A DNA stretch of 60,315 bases. It comes from a virus. Lineage: Duplodnaviria; Caudoviricetes. Below are positions 47,237-57,470 of the stretch, piece after piece. The notes under the pieces are model-generated. The model was given only the letters and a program-made list of their open reading frames with translations. It made no database searches and was not told the DNA's origin. The translations under genes were made by a program, and so were the position numbers. Numbering within the stretch: the stretch's first letter is position 1; each line of letters starts with the position of its first letter. The stretch lies in IMG/VR virus record IMGVR_UViG_3300044996_000347, positions 1 to 60,315 of that record. One strand, written 5' to 3'.

Positions 47237-49315
47237 ATGAAAATAACACCATATATGGCCGTTTCTGAAAAAGATAAGTCATTATACTTTAAAGAAGAAT
47301 TTAAATCGCAAGTAGAAAACGATATTGAAAAATGGCCAAATGAACTTGGAGAAAAGCACCCCTTCAATTTTGAAGATGCAGAAAAGGTATATAAAACAGT
47401 TGGAATTGTTTCCGCTTTTATAAATAAGATCGTAGATAACATTGTTGGAGAATTTTCTATAAAAGCAAAGAATAAAAACTCGTTAGCATTAATTAAATCA
47501 TTTATTCATGAATCAAATCTGACAGTAATTCTTAGAGAATGGATAAGGGAAGCATTGAAGAAAGGCAATGGATTTATGGAAATTGATTTAAAAAATCAGA
47601 AAGTTAGAGCTTTAAATGCAAATTATATGTATGTACAAAGAAACAACAAAGGAACAATAGAAGGATATAATCAATTTATTCTGAATCCAAAAAGATTTAC
47701 TATAACATCAAGAAAATTAATACCATTTAAATCACATGAAATATGTCATCTTAAGATTAATGCAAGTCCAGGAGAGGCATATGGTTGGGGATTAATAATG
47801 CCAAATGAAAGAGTAATAGAAAATACAATACTGAATGAGGCAGATTATCAAAAGATGATCACAAGGAAAGCGGGAGCTCCTATACACGTTCAAGTTGGAA
47901 TAGAGGGAGAAAATACAGATTCAAATGCAGTAGATTCTATCAAAAATAGTTTAGTATATATGACAAATAGAACTGAATGGGTAACTGATGGAAATGTCAA
48001 AATGAATGTACTCGACTTTGGTGAAATAGGCAAGAATATAACAGATAATTTAATGCATAATTTCAGAATGTTAGTTGCAGGATTTGAAGTTCCTGAAGTT
48101 ATGATGGGATCTGGCCAATTGAATGAAGGAATAGCAAAAGTGCAACTTGAAACATTCCAAAGAAAGATTGCCAGTTGGCAGGAAGAAATTGAAACAATAA
48201 TAGAGCAACAGATATTCAGACCATTATTGAGAGAAAATAAGTTAGATGAAAAAATAGAATTTATATGGAATCTTCCAAGCGAGGAAGAAATAAACAATAG
48301 AATATCTCAATTAAATATGCTAATGCAGAATATGTATTTATCAAATGCAATGAAATTAAAAATACAGGAAGAAATAGCAAGACTTCTTAATTTTGAAAAT
48401 ATAGATCAAATTATGATAGATTCAGAAAAAGAACAAGAAGCACAAATAGAACAACCAGAAGTACCTGGAGCAAAACCAAATGCAAAAGAGAAACAAGAAG
48501 AACACATCGAAGAAAATAAAAGTGTAACTTTGGAAACACCTATATTAACAGAAACAGAAAAAAATGTTAATATAGAAAAAAATGATATATGTCAACATAA
48601 GATAACGGAATTTATTAAAAAAATTGGTGATGAATGGTGTGTATTTTCTCATCAAACAGGAAAAAACTTTGGATGCTATAAATCTAAAAAAGAAGCTGAA
48701 GATAGACTTGCTCAAATAAGTAAATTTAAGGATGAAGCAGAAGTATGCAAATGTTCAGAAGAAATAAATAAAATAAAGCCATTTGAAGAAATGACTATAC
48801 AAGAATTCTCAAACTTGCAGGAAATTTCAGGATTTAACTATTCTGATTATCTATTAAATATTTTAAGTAGATTAAAAATAGATGAATTTAATGATTTAAA
48901 GGCCATAACAGAAGCAGATGTTGAAAATGGATTATTATCAAATGAACAAATAGAAAAATTGAGGACAATATTAAAGAATGGATTTAAGAAAAATAAATCT
49001 ATGAGAGATATAGAAAACGATATAAAAGATAGTTTAAAACTTAAAGATAGAATAAAAGAAGATGGGGGGATTATTCCAAAAGAAGAGAGACCAGTAATGA
49101 TAAGTAGAACAGAAACAATAAGACTTGCTAATCTTGGACTTTTAGATACTTACAAAGAAAATGATATTGAGGAAGTAAGATGGCTATCAGCATTATCAGA
49201 TAGAACTTGTGATTTATGCGACAGCGAGAATGGAAAAGTCTATAAATTAAATGAAAGTTATGGATTGATTCCAAAACATATAAATTGCAGATGCACTTGG
49301 TTGAGCGTAATATGA
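47237..49315 (+). CDS. Portal protein fused to a MuF/SPP1 gp7-like head morphogenesis domain
   Basis: Portal GNGFME/YGWGL region; C-terminal ISRTE...DRTCDLC...PKHINCRC. Confidence 0.88.
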   Translation: MKITPYMAVSEKDKSLYFKEEFKSQVENDIEKWPNELGEKHPFNFEDAEKVYKTVGIVSAFINKIVDNIVGEFSIKAKNKNSLALIKSFIHESNLTVILREWIREALKKGNGFMEIDLKNQKVRALNANYMYVQRNNKGTIEGYNQFILNPKRFTITSRKLIPFKSHEICHLKINASPGEAYGWGLIMPNERVIENTILNEADYQKMITRKAGAPIHVQVGIEGENTDSNAVDSIKNSLVYMTNRTEWVTDGNVKMNVLDFGEIGKNITDNLMHNFRMLVAGFEVPEVMMGSGQLNEGIAKVQLETFQRKIASWQEEIETIIEQQIFRPLLRENKLDEKIEFIWNLPSEEEINNRISQLNMLMQNMYLSNAMKLKIQEEIARLLNFENIDQIMIDSEKEQEAQIEQPEVPGAKPNAKEKQEEHIEENKSVTLETPILTETEKNVNIEKNDICQHKITEFIKKIGDEWCVFSHQTGKNFGCYKSKKEAEDRLAQISKFKDEAEVCKCSEEINKIKPFEEMTIQEFSNLQEISGFNYSDYLLNILSRLKIDEFNDLKAITEADVENGLLSNEQIEKLRTILKNGFKKNKSMRDIENDIKDSLKLKDRIKEDGGIIPKEERPVMISRTETIRLANLGLLDTYKENDIEEVRWLSALSDRTCDLCDSENGKVYKLNESYGLIPKHINCRCTWLSVI

Positions 49316-49470
49316 GCGAATTATTAAACGTGCCAAAATGCCACAATTTTGAAAGATGCGGAAACAGAGCGATTTCATTAATCAATGGAATGTGGCTATG
49401 TGGAAATTGTGTAATAAAAGTTTCTGAAAAAGTAAGACAATTAAAAGAGAAAATTCTCTTGGAGGAATAA
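49312..49470 (+). CDS. Small zinc-finger protein
   Basis: CHNFERC...LCGNC. Confidence 0.6.
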   Translation: MSELLNVPKCHNFERCGNRAISLINGMWLCGNCVIKVSEKVRQLKEKILLEE

Positions 49471-51150
49471 ATGCAGATTACTGGATATCCCATGGGAAGC
49501 CCAGGGGCAATAGTAGATACAAACGGAAGATTATATGTTGATGCAGTTATTTCAGGGTTGCCTACAGTTGCCGTAAGCGGAAATATAATTATTGGAAGTG
49601 TAAGCGCAAATGTAGATTCGATATATGTTCAATCAGGAACAATGTATGTATCAAGTGGGAATTTTATTGGTAGTGTTTTTCAATCAACAAATCCATGGAT
49701 TACATCTGGAACAAGTACAGTTGCTGGAAGTATATATGCAACGGGAAGCATAAATGTAGCAAATTATAACGGTAGTACAGTTGTATCAAATTTTCCATCA
49801 TTGTACACTATACAACAGAATGCCACCCAAGATAATAATAATAGTTCATCTGGAATATTGATAGCAGGAGGATCATTTGTTGGATCAGCAACTTCTACAC
49901 TTGGAGTTAATGCAATTCAAGTGAGCTTAAAAACAGATAGAAATTGCAAGATATTTGTAGAACAATCACCAGATGGAAGTAATTGGGATTTATCTGATTC
50001 CTATAATTATTATAAAAGTTTAGGTAATTTTGGATTAACAGTTCAGGCAATAAATAGTTATGTTAGAGTTAGAGTAAATAATCAGGATACAACTGGTTCT
50101 ACTTCATATTTTAGATTACAGACAGTTCTATGTCCAATAGTTGAAGCATTGCCAAGAAGTTTAGATGAAAATGGAAATTTAAAAGTCGGAATTAAAGGTA
50201 TAGAAGATTCATATGGATTCGGAGCTGAAAATACTCCCACAGGAGAAATAAGAAGCGTAACTCCATATAGATTAGTTGGAGCAACATTTAATGGAACTAC
50301 AATAGATCCTAATTTTTGGACAAGTACAACAATAAGCGGAGCATCAAATAATCAATCAAATGCACAAATAGTTTTATCTGCAGGGAGTTTAGCCAATTCA
50401 AAAGCAACAATTCAATCAATAAGAACAGCAAGATATCTTGGGGCATCATCAAATAGATTTAGAAGTGTTATAAGAATTCCAGATACAGCAGTATCGAATA
50501 ACCAAAAAAGATGGGGAGCATTTAATGGAAGCGACGGGGCATTTTTTCAATTAAGCGGGGTATCTTTTGGTGTTGGATTATTAAAGGGAGGAAGTGAAAC
50601 AGTCATAAATACTGGAAGTTTCAATGGAATTTTAGGAGATACATATTCAATTGGAAGTCAAGTAAAAACATATGAAATATATTGGACAAATTCCAAAGTA
50701 TGGTATGTTATTGGAGATGATACAATTCATACATATTCTGCTAGTGATACAACATGGTCAACAACAATGAATCTTCCAATAAGGATAGAAAATCATAATA
50801 TTAATAATGGAAGTACTGCATCTGATATAAATGTTAGAGTTGCTACAATAAGCAGATTAGGACCATTGCAATCAGCACCAACATATTATCATAATGCAGG
50901 AAGTGGAAATTATATATTAAAATATGGTCCAGGCGTATTGCAACAATTGAACTTTAATAGTGCGGGGGCGGGAGGAGCAACATTAAATATTTATGATAAT
51001 GTATCTGCATCAGGAGCATTAATTGCAGTATTTGACGCATCAAAAATATCTTCTCCATCAAGTATGAATTATGGTCAAGGAGCAACATTTAATAATGGAT
51101 TGACACTAGGACAAATAGGAAGTTTTGATATAACGGTGATATACGAATGA
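49471..51150 (+). CDS. Ser/Gly/Thr-rich virion structural protein (head fibre or lectin-like)
   Basis: Beta-rich composition; located between portal and protease. Confidence 0.7.
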   Translation: MQITGYPMGSPGAIVDTNGRLYVDAVISGLPTVAVSGNIIIGSVSANVDSIYVQSGTMYVSSGNFIGSVFQSTNPWITSGTSTVAGSIYATGSINVANYNGSTVVSNFPSLYTIQQNATQDNNNSSSGILIAGGSFVGSATSTLGVNAIQVSLKTDRNCKIFVEQSPDGSNWDLSDSYNYYKSLGNFGLTVQAINSYVRVRVNNQDTTGSTSYFRLQTVLCPIVEALPRSLDENGNLKVGIKGIEDSYGFGAENTPTGEIRSVTPYRLVGATFNGTTIDPNFWTSTTISGASNNQSNAQIVLSAGSLANSKATIQSIRTARYLGASSNRFRSVIRIPDTAVSNNQKRWGAFNGSDGAFFQLSGVSFGVGLLKGGSETVINTGSFNGILGDTYSIGSQVKTYEIYWTNSKVWYVIGDDTIHTYSASDTTWSTTMNLPIRIENHNINNGSTASDINVRVATISRLGPLQSAPTYYHNAGSGNYILKYGPGVLQQLNFNSAGAGGATLNIYDNVSASGALIAVFDASKISSPSSMNYGQGATFNNGLTLGQIGSFDITVIYE

Positions 51151-51306
51151 TTAAAAAAATATATAAAAATCTTTATTTTGACGATCAGACTAGTAGATAC
51201 TTCTTTCAGAAGGGAAAAGATAAAATGGAAGTAGTAATGCAGGAGGCTTATTTAATGATTTATATTCTAGAAAATTTATTGGAATTAAAACAAAAGAATA
51301 AAGGAG

Positions 51307-51621
51307 ATGGTCGTATTTATTGATCCAATTACAAGGCAAAGAGTAGTTGCAGATAAGCATAGTTGTGACATTACATATGATCTTCAAGGAGATGATGCAA
51401 TAGCCAAAGAAGATGTACCTCTTATAGGAAATTGGGAAGATTGGACAGGATCAGCAATAGTAAGTTCAAGAAGCCAAATGCAATTTGCATCTAGAGAAAA
51501 TGAGCTACAGGGAACAGATGCTCAGATCGAAGGAAATGCAAAACTTCCAAATCTATCAGTAATTGGAACAAATCTTGCAACACATAGAAGAAGAATAATA
51601 AAAAGATACAAAAAGTTTTAA
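51307..51621 (+). CDS. Hypothetical protein
   Basis: SD aggag. Confidence 0.7.
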   Translation: MVVFIDPITRQRVVADKHSCDITYDLQGDDAIAKEDVPLIGNWEDWTGSAIVSSRSQMQFASRENELQGTDAQIEGNAKLPNLSVIGTNLATHRRRIIKRYKKF

Positions 51622-51651
51622 TATATATAATAAAAATCAATATATTTAAAT
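51620..51651 (+). promoter_or_regulatory. Conserved late-promoter motif, copy 2
   Basis: Same consensus, ending 21 nt before the protease ATG. Confidence 0.75.
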
Positions 51652-51671
51652 AAATTATTTATATAACTTTT

Positions 51672-52535
51672 ATGGACTTAAAATATTCTATTCCTATTAC
51701 AGAAAGCCTGGGTGAATGTACTGATTTTATAATTCAAGGAATAGCAATTAATGAAACAATTACTTCTAATAATCATAAATTTATAGCAGAAGAACTAAAG
51801 AATGCAGCAGGAACATTGATGGGAGTTCCACTTTTAGTAGATCACGAAAATAAAGTAGAAAATATAAAAGGCAGAGTTATTAACAGCTCATTTGATGAAA
51901 CATTTAATAGAATTCCATTCAAAGCAAAAGTTATGGATGAATTATGCAAACAAATGATTAAAGACGGACGCCTTAATTCTGTTAGTGTTGGAGCTGTGGT
52001 TAAATCAGTAGAAGAAGATGGAGAAGGACATCTTATACCTCGAGGATTAGAATTTAAAGAACTAAGTCTTGTTGCAGTCCCAGCAGATTCAAATGCAACA
52101 TTCACAATTGCACTCAAAGAAGCATATCAATCAACAAAAACCGCACTCCCAACGGAACAAAAAGTTACAGAAGTTACAGATGCAAGTAACGATGTGAAAG
52201 TAAGTAAAGAAGAAAAGCAAGAGATGATTAAATGTGAAAATTGTGGAAAGATGATTAAGAAAGAAGAAATGAAAAAGCATATGGAAGAATGCGAAGAATC
52301 AAATTCAAATAAATCAACAGATAAACTGAAAGGAGGTAATCAGATGAGTGAAACAACCGAACAGGTTGATACTAAATTACTTCTTGAAAAGATTGAATCT
52401 TTAGGAAAAGAGCTTGCAGAAATGAAAGCTTCTAAAGTTGAATCTAAAGCAGAAGTAAAAGTAGAAGAAGAAACTTTGCCTTATAGAATTGTATCCGACT
52501 ATAATTCATTTTCACTTATCCAGAACAAATACTGA
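51672..52535 (+). CDS. HK97-type prohead protease with zinc finger and C-terminal scaffold
   Basis: LLVDH, SVSVGA, ELSLVAVPAD; CENC...H...C. Confidence 0.9.
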   Translation: MDLKYSIPITESLGECTDFIIQGIAINETITSNNHKFIAEELKNAAGTLMGVPLLVDHENKVENIKGRVINSSFDETFNRIPFKAKVMDELCKQMIKDGRLNSVSVGAVVKSVEEDGEGHLIPRGLEFKELSLVAVPADSNATFTIALKEAYQSTKTALPTEQKVTEVTDASNDVKVSKEEKQEMIKCENCGKMIKKEEMKKHMEECEESNSNKSTDKLKGGNQMSETTEQVDTKLLLEKIESLGKELAEMKASKVESKAEVKVEEETLPYRIVSDYNSFSLIQNKY

Positions 52536-52987
52536 TGACAAATCCATTGGGTGCTGTCTGTGTATTTGACGGCGATTCTCCTAGAACTTTTACAGGAAAG
52601 GCTAGGACAACGATATCTGGAGGTAATTTGGTTGTAGTAAGCGGTGCAGCAAATGGTATAGGATCTGGAGCAGATACATTCGCAACAAGTGATATTGTTG
52701 TAGATCTACTTGCAAACTCAGATACTTGCAATGGTATAGCTCTGCATAATGCTGCTTCTGGGGCTAATGTCACAGTAGCAACAAGAGGATCTTATATTGT
52801 AAGATGCGGCGGAGTCGTAAGCGGTGGAAACTTAGTTATTCCAGTATCTGGAACAACACAATGTGTAGCTTTATATGGTCACGTAGGTTCACCAAACTAT
52901 GCATTGACAGGAACACCAATAGGACGAGCGCAAATTGCATCTGCATCAGGAACAGCTCTATATACACTTGTCTCACTTAATGTATAA
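52535..52987 (+). CDS. Head decoration/cement protein
   Basis: Small Gly/Ala/Val beta protein directly before the MCP; GIAL..A..G..V.V...G pattern. Confidence 0.75.
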   Translation: MTNPLGAVCVFDGDSPRTFTGKARTTISGGNLVVVSGAANGIGSGADTFATSDIVVDLLANSDTCNGIALHNAASGANVTVATRGSYIVRCGGVVSGGNLVIPVSGTTQCVALYGHVGSPNYALTGTPIGRAQIASASGTALYTLVSLNV

Positions 52988-53856
52988 TGGCATTCAAGAA
53001 AATACAGGAATATATTGGAACAGAGGATGGAACCGCTGGAACATTATTAATTCCTAAGCTAATTATGCCTACTTTGATTGAAGCAGTTCAGAAAGCTTTA
53101 GTGCCTAGAGAAATGGCTGCTGAAGTATGGGGACCAAATCAAATTCAAGGTAGTTCATTTAGTGTAAATCTTGAAACACCAAATACTATGATTGTTAGAG
53201 AAGTTGGCGAAGCAGCAGAAATTCCATTGGATGCATTAGACTTCAGTTCAGTAACCTTCACACCAGTTAAATATGGTGTTGCAATTAGAATCACAAGAGA
53301 AATGATGGAGGACGCTCAATTCGATGTTCTGCAAAGGAACATAAGAACAGCAGGTGTAAGACTTGCTGAAAACGAAACAAAACTAATCCTGACTGCTCTT
53401 GATGGTGCTAATTCAACAGTTGCTGGTGGAGCATCAGCTACAATAGCTAATATAACAGAAGCTATGTACAATGTTGAAGGCCCAAATGTCGATTTTAAAG
53501 CTACAGATATGTTAATAGGACCTGAATTCTTAAACGATTTAAGGAATATTGATGTTTTTGTTGAAGCAAATAAATTCGGAAATAGAGAAATGATGGATAG
53601 AGGCTTTGCAGGAGTAATCTATGGAATGAATGTTGCAAAATTCTCTGGTTCTACTACGGTAGTTCCAGCCGCAGCAAATGCTAAATATGCTTATGTTTTT
53701 GATAGAACACAGGCATATGGTATTGCTATTAAGAGGGACATTACAGTAGAAAACTTCAAACTTCCAACATTCGATTTGGAAGGTGCAGCAATAACTATGA
53801 GAATTGATGTAAAGCTACTTAAATCAACCGCAGTATCAAGAATTACAACCTCGTAA
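52987..53856 (+). CDS. Major capsid protein (HK97 fold)
   Basis: GTLLIP, VGEAAEIP, KYGVAIRITREMMED, G.IYGMNV. Confidence 0.92.
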   Translation: MAFKKIQEYIGTEDGTAGTLLIPKLIMPTLIEAVQKALVPREMAAEVWGPNQIQGSSFSVNLETPNTMIVREVGEAAEIPLDALDFSSVTFTPVKYGVAIRITREMMEDAQFDVLQRNIRTAGVRLAENETKLILTALDGANSTVAGGASATIANITEAMYNVEGPNVDFKATDMLIGPEFLNDLRNIDVFVEANKFGNREMMDRGFAGVIYGMNVAKFSGSTTVVPAAANAKYAYVFDRTQAYGIAIKRDITVENFKLPTFDLEGAAITMRIDVKLLKSTAVSRITTS

Positions 53857-53961
53857 GAGTAAAAGTAGGGTGTTAAGTTGAACACCATATATTAATCAAA
53901 TAATATATGAGGACCTTAATATAAATCCCTATTTCATAATCAATTAAATCAAGGAGAAAAT

Positions 53962-54204
53962 ATGGCAGTTTTAACCACAGGAAGTACAGTACTTGGATGC
54001 ATTAAAGGAATGAACTCATATACTTATGCGTCTGGAACTTATAATATAGTCCCAGATTTATATGTAGTTCAAGGAAATCCAAATGCAAAAGTAACTTCCA
54101 CAAAAGTCAGCGGATTGGCATATGATATATCAACAGGAGAAGTATATATTGCTGTTGGAACAAATGTGTCTGCTGGCGGAAGCACTTGGAGAGTATTAGT
54201 ATAG
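53962..54204 (+). CDS. Small virion protein
   Basis: SD aggag; position after the MCP. Confidence 0.7.
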   Translation: MAVLTTGSTVLGCIKGMNSYTYASGTYNIVPDLYVVQGNPNAKVTSTKVSGLAYDISTGEVYIAVGTNVSAGGSTWRVLV

Positions 54205-54212
54205 GAGGCTAA

Positions 54213-54581
54213 ATGACAACCACAACTGGAAGTCTAGCCTTATTTCTAAATGAAAATTTTGTAAGCTTACCTGCTGGACTTTCTGGGAATATGATTGAAA
54301 TAGTAGATTACGCCAGGCAACATGTTGCTAATTGGGTAGGTTATACAATTGATGCTAACGGAATTGATGATAAATATATACCGCCAATCTTAGATTTCGC
54401 AAAAGCAGATTTAATTGATTTAAAAAACGCAAATGGTGACGGCGGAACATTGAGTATAGGAGAGTTATCAATAAATGATGCAGGCGCACAATTAAGTGCA
54501 GAACAATACAGACTTTTAGGAGAAATGAAGTTAAAAGGAATAGGAAGAAAAATAAATTGGGCTAGAAGCCTTTCATTTTAA
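54213..54581 (+). CDS. Head-tail adaptor
   Basis: Helical, about 120 aa, synteny, SIGELSI motif. Confidence 0.7.
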   Translation: MTTTTGSLALFLNENFVSLPAGLSGNMIEIVDYARQHVANWVGYTIDANGIDDKYIPPILDFAKADLIDLKNANGDGGTLSIGELSINDAGAQLSAEQYRLLGEMKLKGIGRKINWARSLSF

Positions 54582-54582
54582 A

Positions 54583-55008
54583 ATGTATGATACACGATTT
54601 ATTAAAGGGTTCAATAGGCTGTTAGACAAAGCATCACAACCAATTAAGATTAGATATTTTACTCCTACAATAGGAAGTGTATGGGATGATGAAGTAACAT
54701 TGACACAATCGGGTACCGATTTATGGACAAGTGGAATTCCTCAATCTTTAGAACTATCAAGAGGTTCAATAGACAGCAATCTTCTTGAGCAGGGGAAATT
54801 AATTTATAATGATTCAAAATTATTTATTCCTGGAAGCATTATATTAACTGGATCAACATATATGATCAAAATACAGATCGGAAGTCCAACTGGAGAAAAT
54901 TATACAATGATTCCTGAAGGTACAGATGATTATACAGTTGAAGGAACACCAACTCACAAAAAAGCATACATAAGAAGAATAACAACTGGATCGCTGTTGG
55001 GAGAATAA
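54583..55008 (+). CDS. Head closure/stopper protein
   Basis: Synteny, beta-rich. Confidence 0.65.
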   Translation: MYDTRFIKGFNRLLDKASQPIKIRYFTPTIGSVWDDEVTLTQSGTDLWTSGIPQSLELSRGSIDSNLLEQGKLIYNDSKLFIPGSIILTGSTYMIKIQIGSPTGENYTMIPEGTDDYTVEGTPTHKKAYIRRITTGSLLGE

Positions 55009-55009
55009 A

Positions 55010-55375
55010 ATGGTTTCTATTGAAATGGATATCAGTAAGTTTAAGAAATTTATGGAAAATAAACAGAAACAAATGAAAGAAAAAATACCTGAATCTGTGA
55101 AACAAGCAACTCTTTATATGCATAATCAAGTCAAAGAAAGCATAGCAAGAGGAATAAATGCTCCTGTTGCCGTTGATACAGGAAGATTTGTCAATTCAGT
55201 AGATTTTGAAAGTACAGGAGAAAATGAAGCAAAAGTATTCAGCGAGTTGGAATATGCAAAATTCATAGAATATGGAACAAGCAAAATGGCATCAAGACCA
55301 CACTTCAGGAATACTGCAAATAAAGAAAAATCACAAGTCAAGGAAATAATGAAAGCAAATGTAAGGTTTAAATAA
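55010..55375 (+). CDS. HK97 gp10-like tail completion protein
   Basis: VDTGR...S...YAKFIEYGTSKMASRPHF. Confidence 0.9.
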   Translation: MVSIEMDISKFKKFMENKQKQMKEKIPESVKQATLYMHNQVKESIARGINAPVAVDTGRFVNSVDFESTGENEAKVFSELEYAKFIEYGTSKMASRPHFRNTANKEKSQVKEIMKANVRFK

Positions 55376-55405
55376 TATATATAACCAAAATCAAGTTATT
55401 TAAAT
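55374..55405 (+). promoter_or_regulatory. Conserved late-promoter motif, copy 3
   Basis: Same consensus, upstream of the tail operon. Confidence 0.7.
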
Positions 55406-55461
55406 TTAGATTATTGACTAATTAAGTCTTAAAGCGATAAGACAAATTTCAAGCGAGAAAC

Positions 55462-55905
55462 ATGGCATCAAAAGATACACTACTAAGAGATATACTCTAT
55501 TTTCTAAAGAATGATTTAAGCGCAAATATAACAGATCCATTGAATAGAACAAATGGAATAGGTTTTATAATGACTAGTTATCCTCAAAGAAATGTCAAAT
55601 ATCCAGTAATTACAATTAAATGCACAAATCTAAAAGCTCCAAGATCAGGTATGCAAACTACACTTCAAGACATAACAATAACAATAGAAATAAGAATATG
55701 GGCCAGAAATGAAAAAGAAAAAGATACATTATTTAATCAAGTAATGAGCAGGTTGACAAATATCCAGTTTACTGCATCAACAGGAAGTGTAGCAAATGAT
55801 TTTCATAATTTTGATATATTAAGTGGAATAGAAATAGATGAAGAAGGAGATGGTGGAATAAAATCAAGAATACTTCAAATTAAATATAACTTTTATAATC
55901 TATGA
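55462..55905 (+). CDS. Tail terminator protein
   Basis: YPVITI...IEIRIWA; synteny. Confidence 0.75.
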   Translation: MASKDTLLRDILYFLKNDLSANITDPLNRTNGIGFIMTSYPQRNVKYPVITIKCTNLKAPRSGMQTTLQDITITIEIRIWARNEKEKDTLFNQVMSRLTNIQFTASTGSVANDFHNFDILSGIEIDEEGDGGIKSRILQIKYNFYNL

Positions 55906-55918
55906 AAGGAGGTAAAAA

Positions 55919-56920
55919 ATGACGAGATTTGTAAATGATCAAAATAAGGTAATAATGTTCTGTGAATCTGGAACTTATGCTACTGCAAGTGGAACTGCTG
56001 GGCTTTGGATAGGATTAGTTGAAAATAATACTCTTGACGATGCTGAAAATAAAATGGAAACACGTTTTGTTGGAGCAAGTACAAGAAGTTTTTCTCAAAT
56101 GATACCTGGACCAAGAGATATAAAAGGAACATTAACATACGCTCCTCAAGATATGAGACTCCCATTTTTATCGATAGGAAGCGTAGTTGATGGTGGTACA
56201 ACAAACAAATACACACATCTTGCAACACAAATAAACAACGATGTGAGGCAATCTCCTTTTACGAGCGGTACTTTAAACCCACCAACAAGTTTTACTATAG
56301 AAGATAGTAAAACATCAACAGGAGCAAATAATACATTTATTAGAACAATAAATGGATGCATAACTGATTCGACTAAAATTACTGCAACTCAAAGTGAAAA
56401 AGTTAGAATAGATATAGATTATATCGGACAAACTTTAAATTTTACTTCTGGAACAGCAAGCTCAACAACAGTCAGCACTACAACACCATACCTATGGAAT
56501 AACTGCAGTCTGACAATGAGTGGAACTTCAATCACAACAGCAAAAGAAGTAATACTTGAGATTAATCAGAATCTTGAAGCACCACATTACTTAAATGGAT
56601 CAAGAGATATAAGTGTTCCTTTCTTTAAGAATAGGGAAAACAAAATGACTGTAACATTAGACTTAGATGCTCCAACAAGCAGTTTATTGTATAATGGATT
56701 ATACAAAAATAATGCGCAGTTTGACACTACATTCGATATGAATGCAGATGTTACTGCAACAGGAAGCCAACATACAATATTCTTCTTAAGCGGATGCAGG
56801 ATAACTTCTATGGATGCTCCAAGCGAAGTAGAAGGAGTAACAGAATCTACTCTTGAAATGAGTTGCCCTATTTTGATAGGAAGTGCGTTTGATAACGTTC
56901 AGAAATATTGCTATTGGTAG
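55919..56920 (+). CDS. Major tail tube protein
   Basis: Strong SD; ESGTY..., LEINQNLE motifs; synteny. Confidence 0.85.
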   Translation: MTRFVNDQNKVIMFCESGTYATASGTAGLWIGLVENNTLDDAENKMETRFVGASTRSFSQMIPGPRDIKGTLTYAPQDMRLPFLSIGSVVDGGTTNKYTHLATQINNDVRQSPFTSGTLNPPTSFTIEDSKTSTGANNTFIRTINGCITDSTKITATQSEKVRIDIDYIGQTLNFTSGTASSTTVSTTTPYLWNNCSLTMSGTSITTAKEVILEINQNLEAPHYLNGSRDISVPFFKNRENKMTVTLDLDAPTSSLLYNGLYKNNAQFDTTFDMNADVTATGSQHTIFFLSGCRITSMDAPSEVEGVTESTLEMSCPILIGSAFDNVQKYCYW

Positions 56921-56953
56921 TAATATTTATACTATATAAAGATTTATTAAGGT

Positions 56954-57457
56954 ATGTGCCTTACTATTTTTATGGCGCAAAAAGGAATTCCTTTAACAGA
57001 GGAACATAAAAAGAAGATTGCAGAAACAATCAGGCAAAGACATATGCTTGGTCTTCAACCGAAGATTGAAAGGTGTCTTGTTTGTAAACGATTTGTTCAT
57101 CCAAATCAAACTTGCGAAGAACTTAATCAACAAGTAAGAGAAAAGAAACTTGCTAATCCAACAAGATATTGGTTAGGCAAAAAGAGAGATAAAAAGACTT
57201 GCGAAGCAATAAGTAAAGCCCAATCAACAAGAGAACATACAAAAGGAATAGAGAGTCCTTGTTGGGTTGGTGGTTGGATGTGGTATCATAAGCAAGCAAG
57301 AGAGATAATGGAAGGACAAATAGGAAGAAAATTAAATCGTAAAGAAATAATCCACCATATAGATAAAAATTGGAAAAATAACGATTTAAAAAATTTACAA
57401 ATAATGAGTCGTGCAGAACATGTAAGAATACATAAACCGCGACTAAAAAATAACTAA
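56954..57457 (+). CDS. NUMOD3/HNH homing endonuclease
   Basis: LTEEHKKKIAE; YHKQAREIME..IGRKL...IIHHIDKN..NN...NL...H...H. Confidence 0.88.
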   Translation: MCLTIFMAQKGIPLTEEHKKKIAETIRQRHMLGLQPKIERCLVCKRFVHPNQTCEELNQQVREKKLANPTRYWLGKKRDKKTCEAISKAQSTREHTKGIESPCWVGGWMWYHKQAREIMEGQIGRKLNRKEIIHHIDKNWKNNDLKNLQIMSRAEHVRIHKPRLKNN

Positions 57458-57470
57458 ATTGGAGGAAAAA

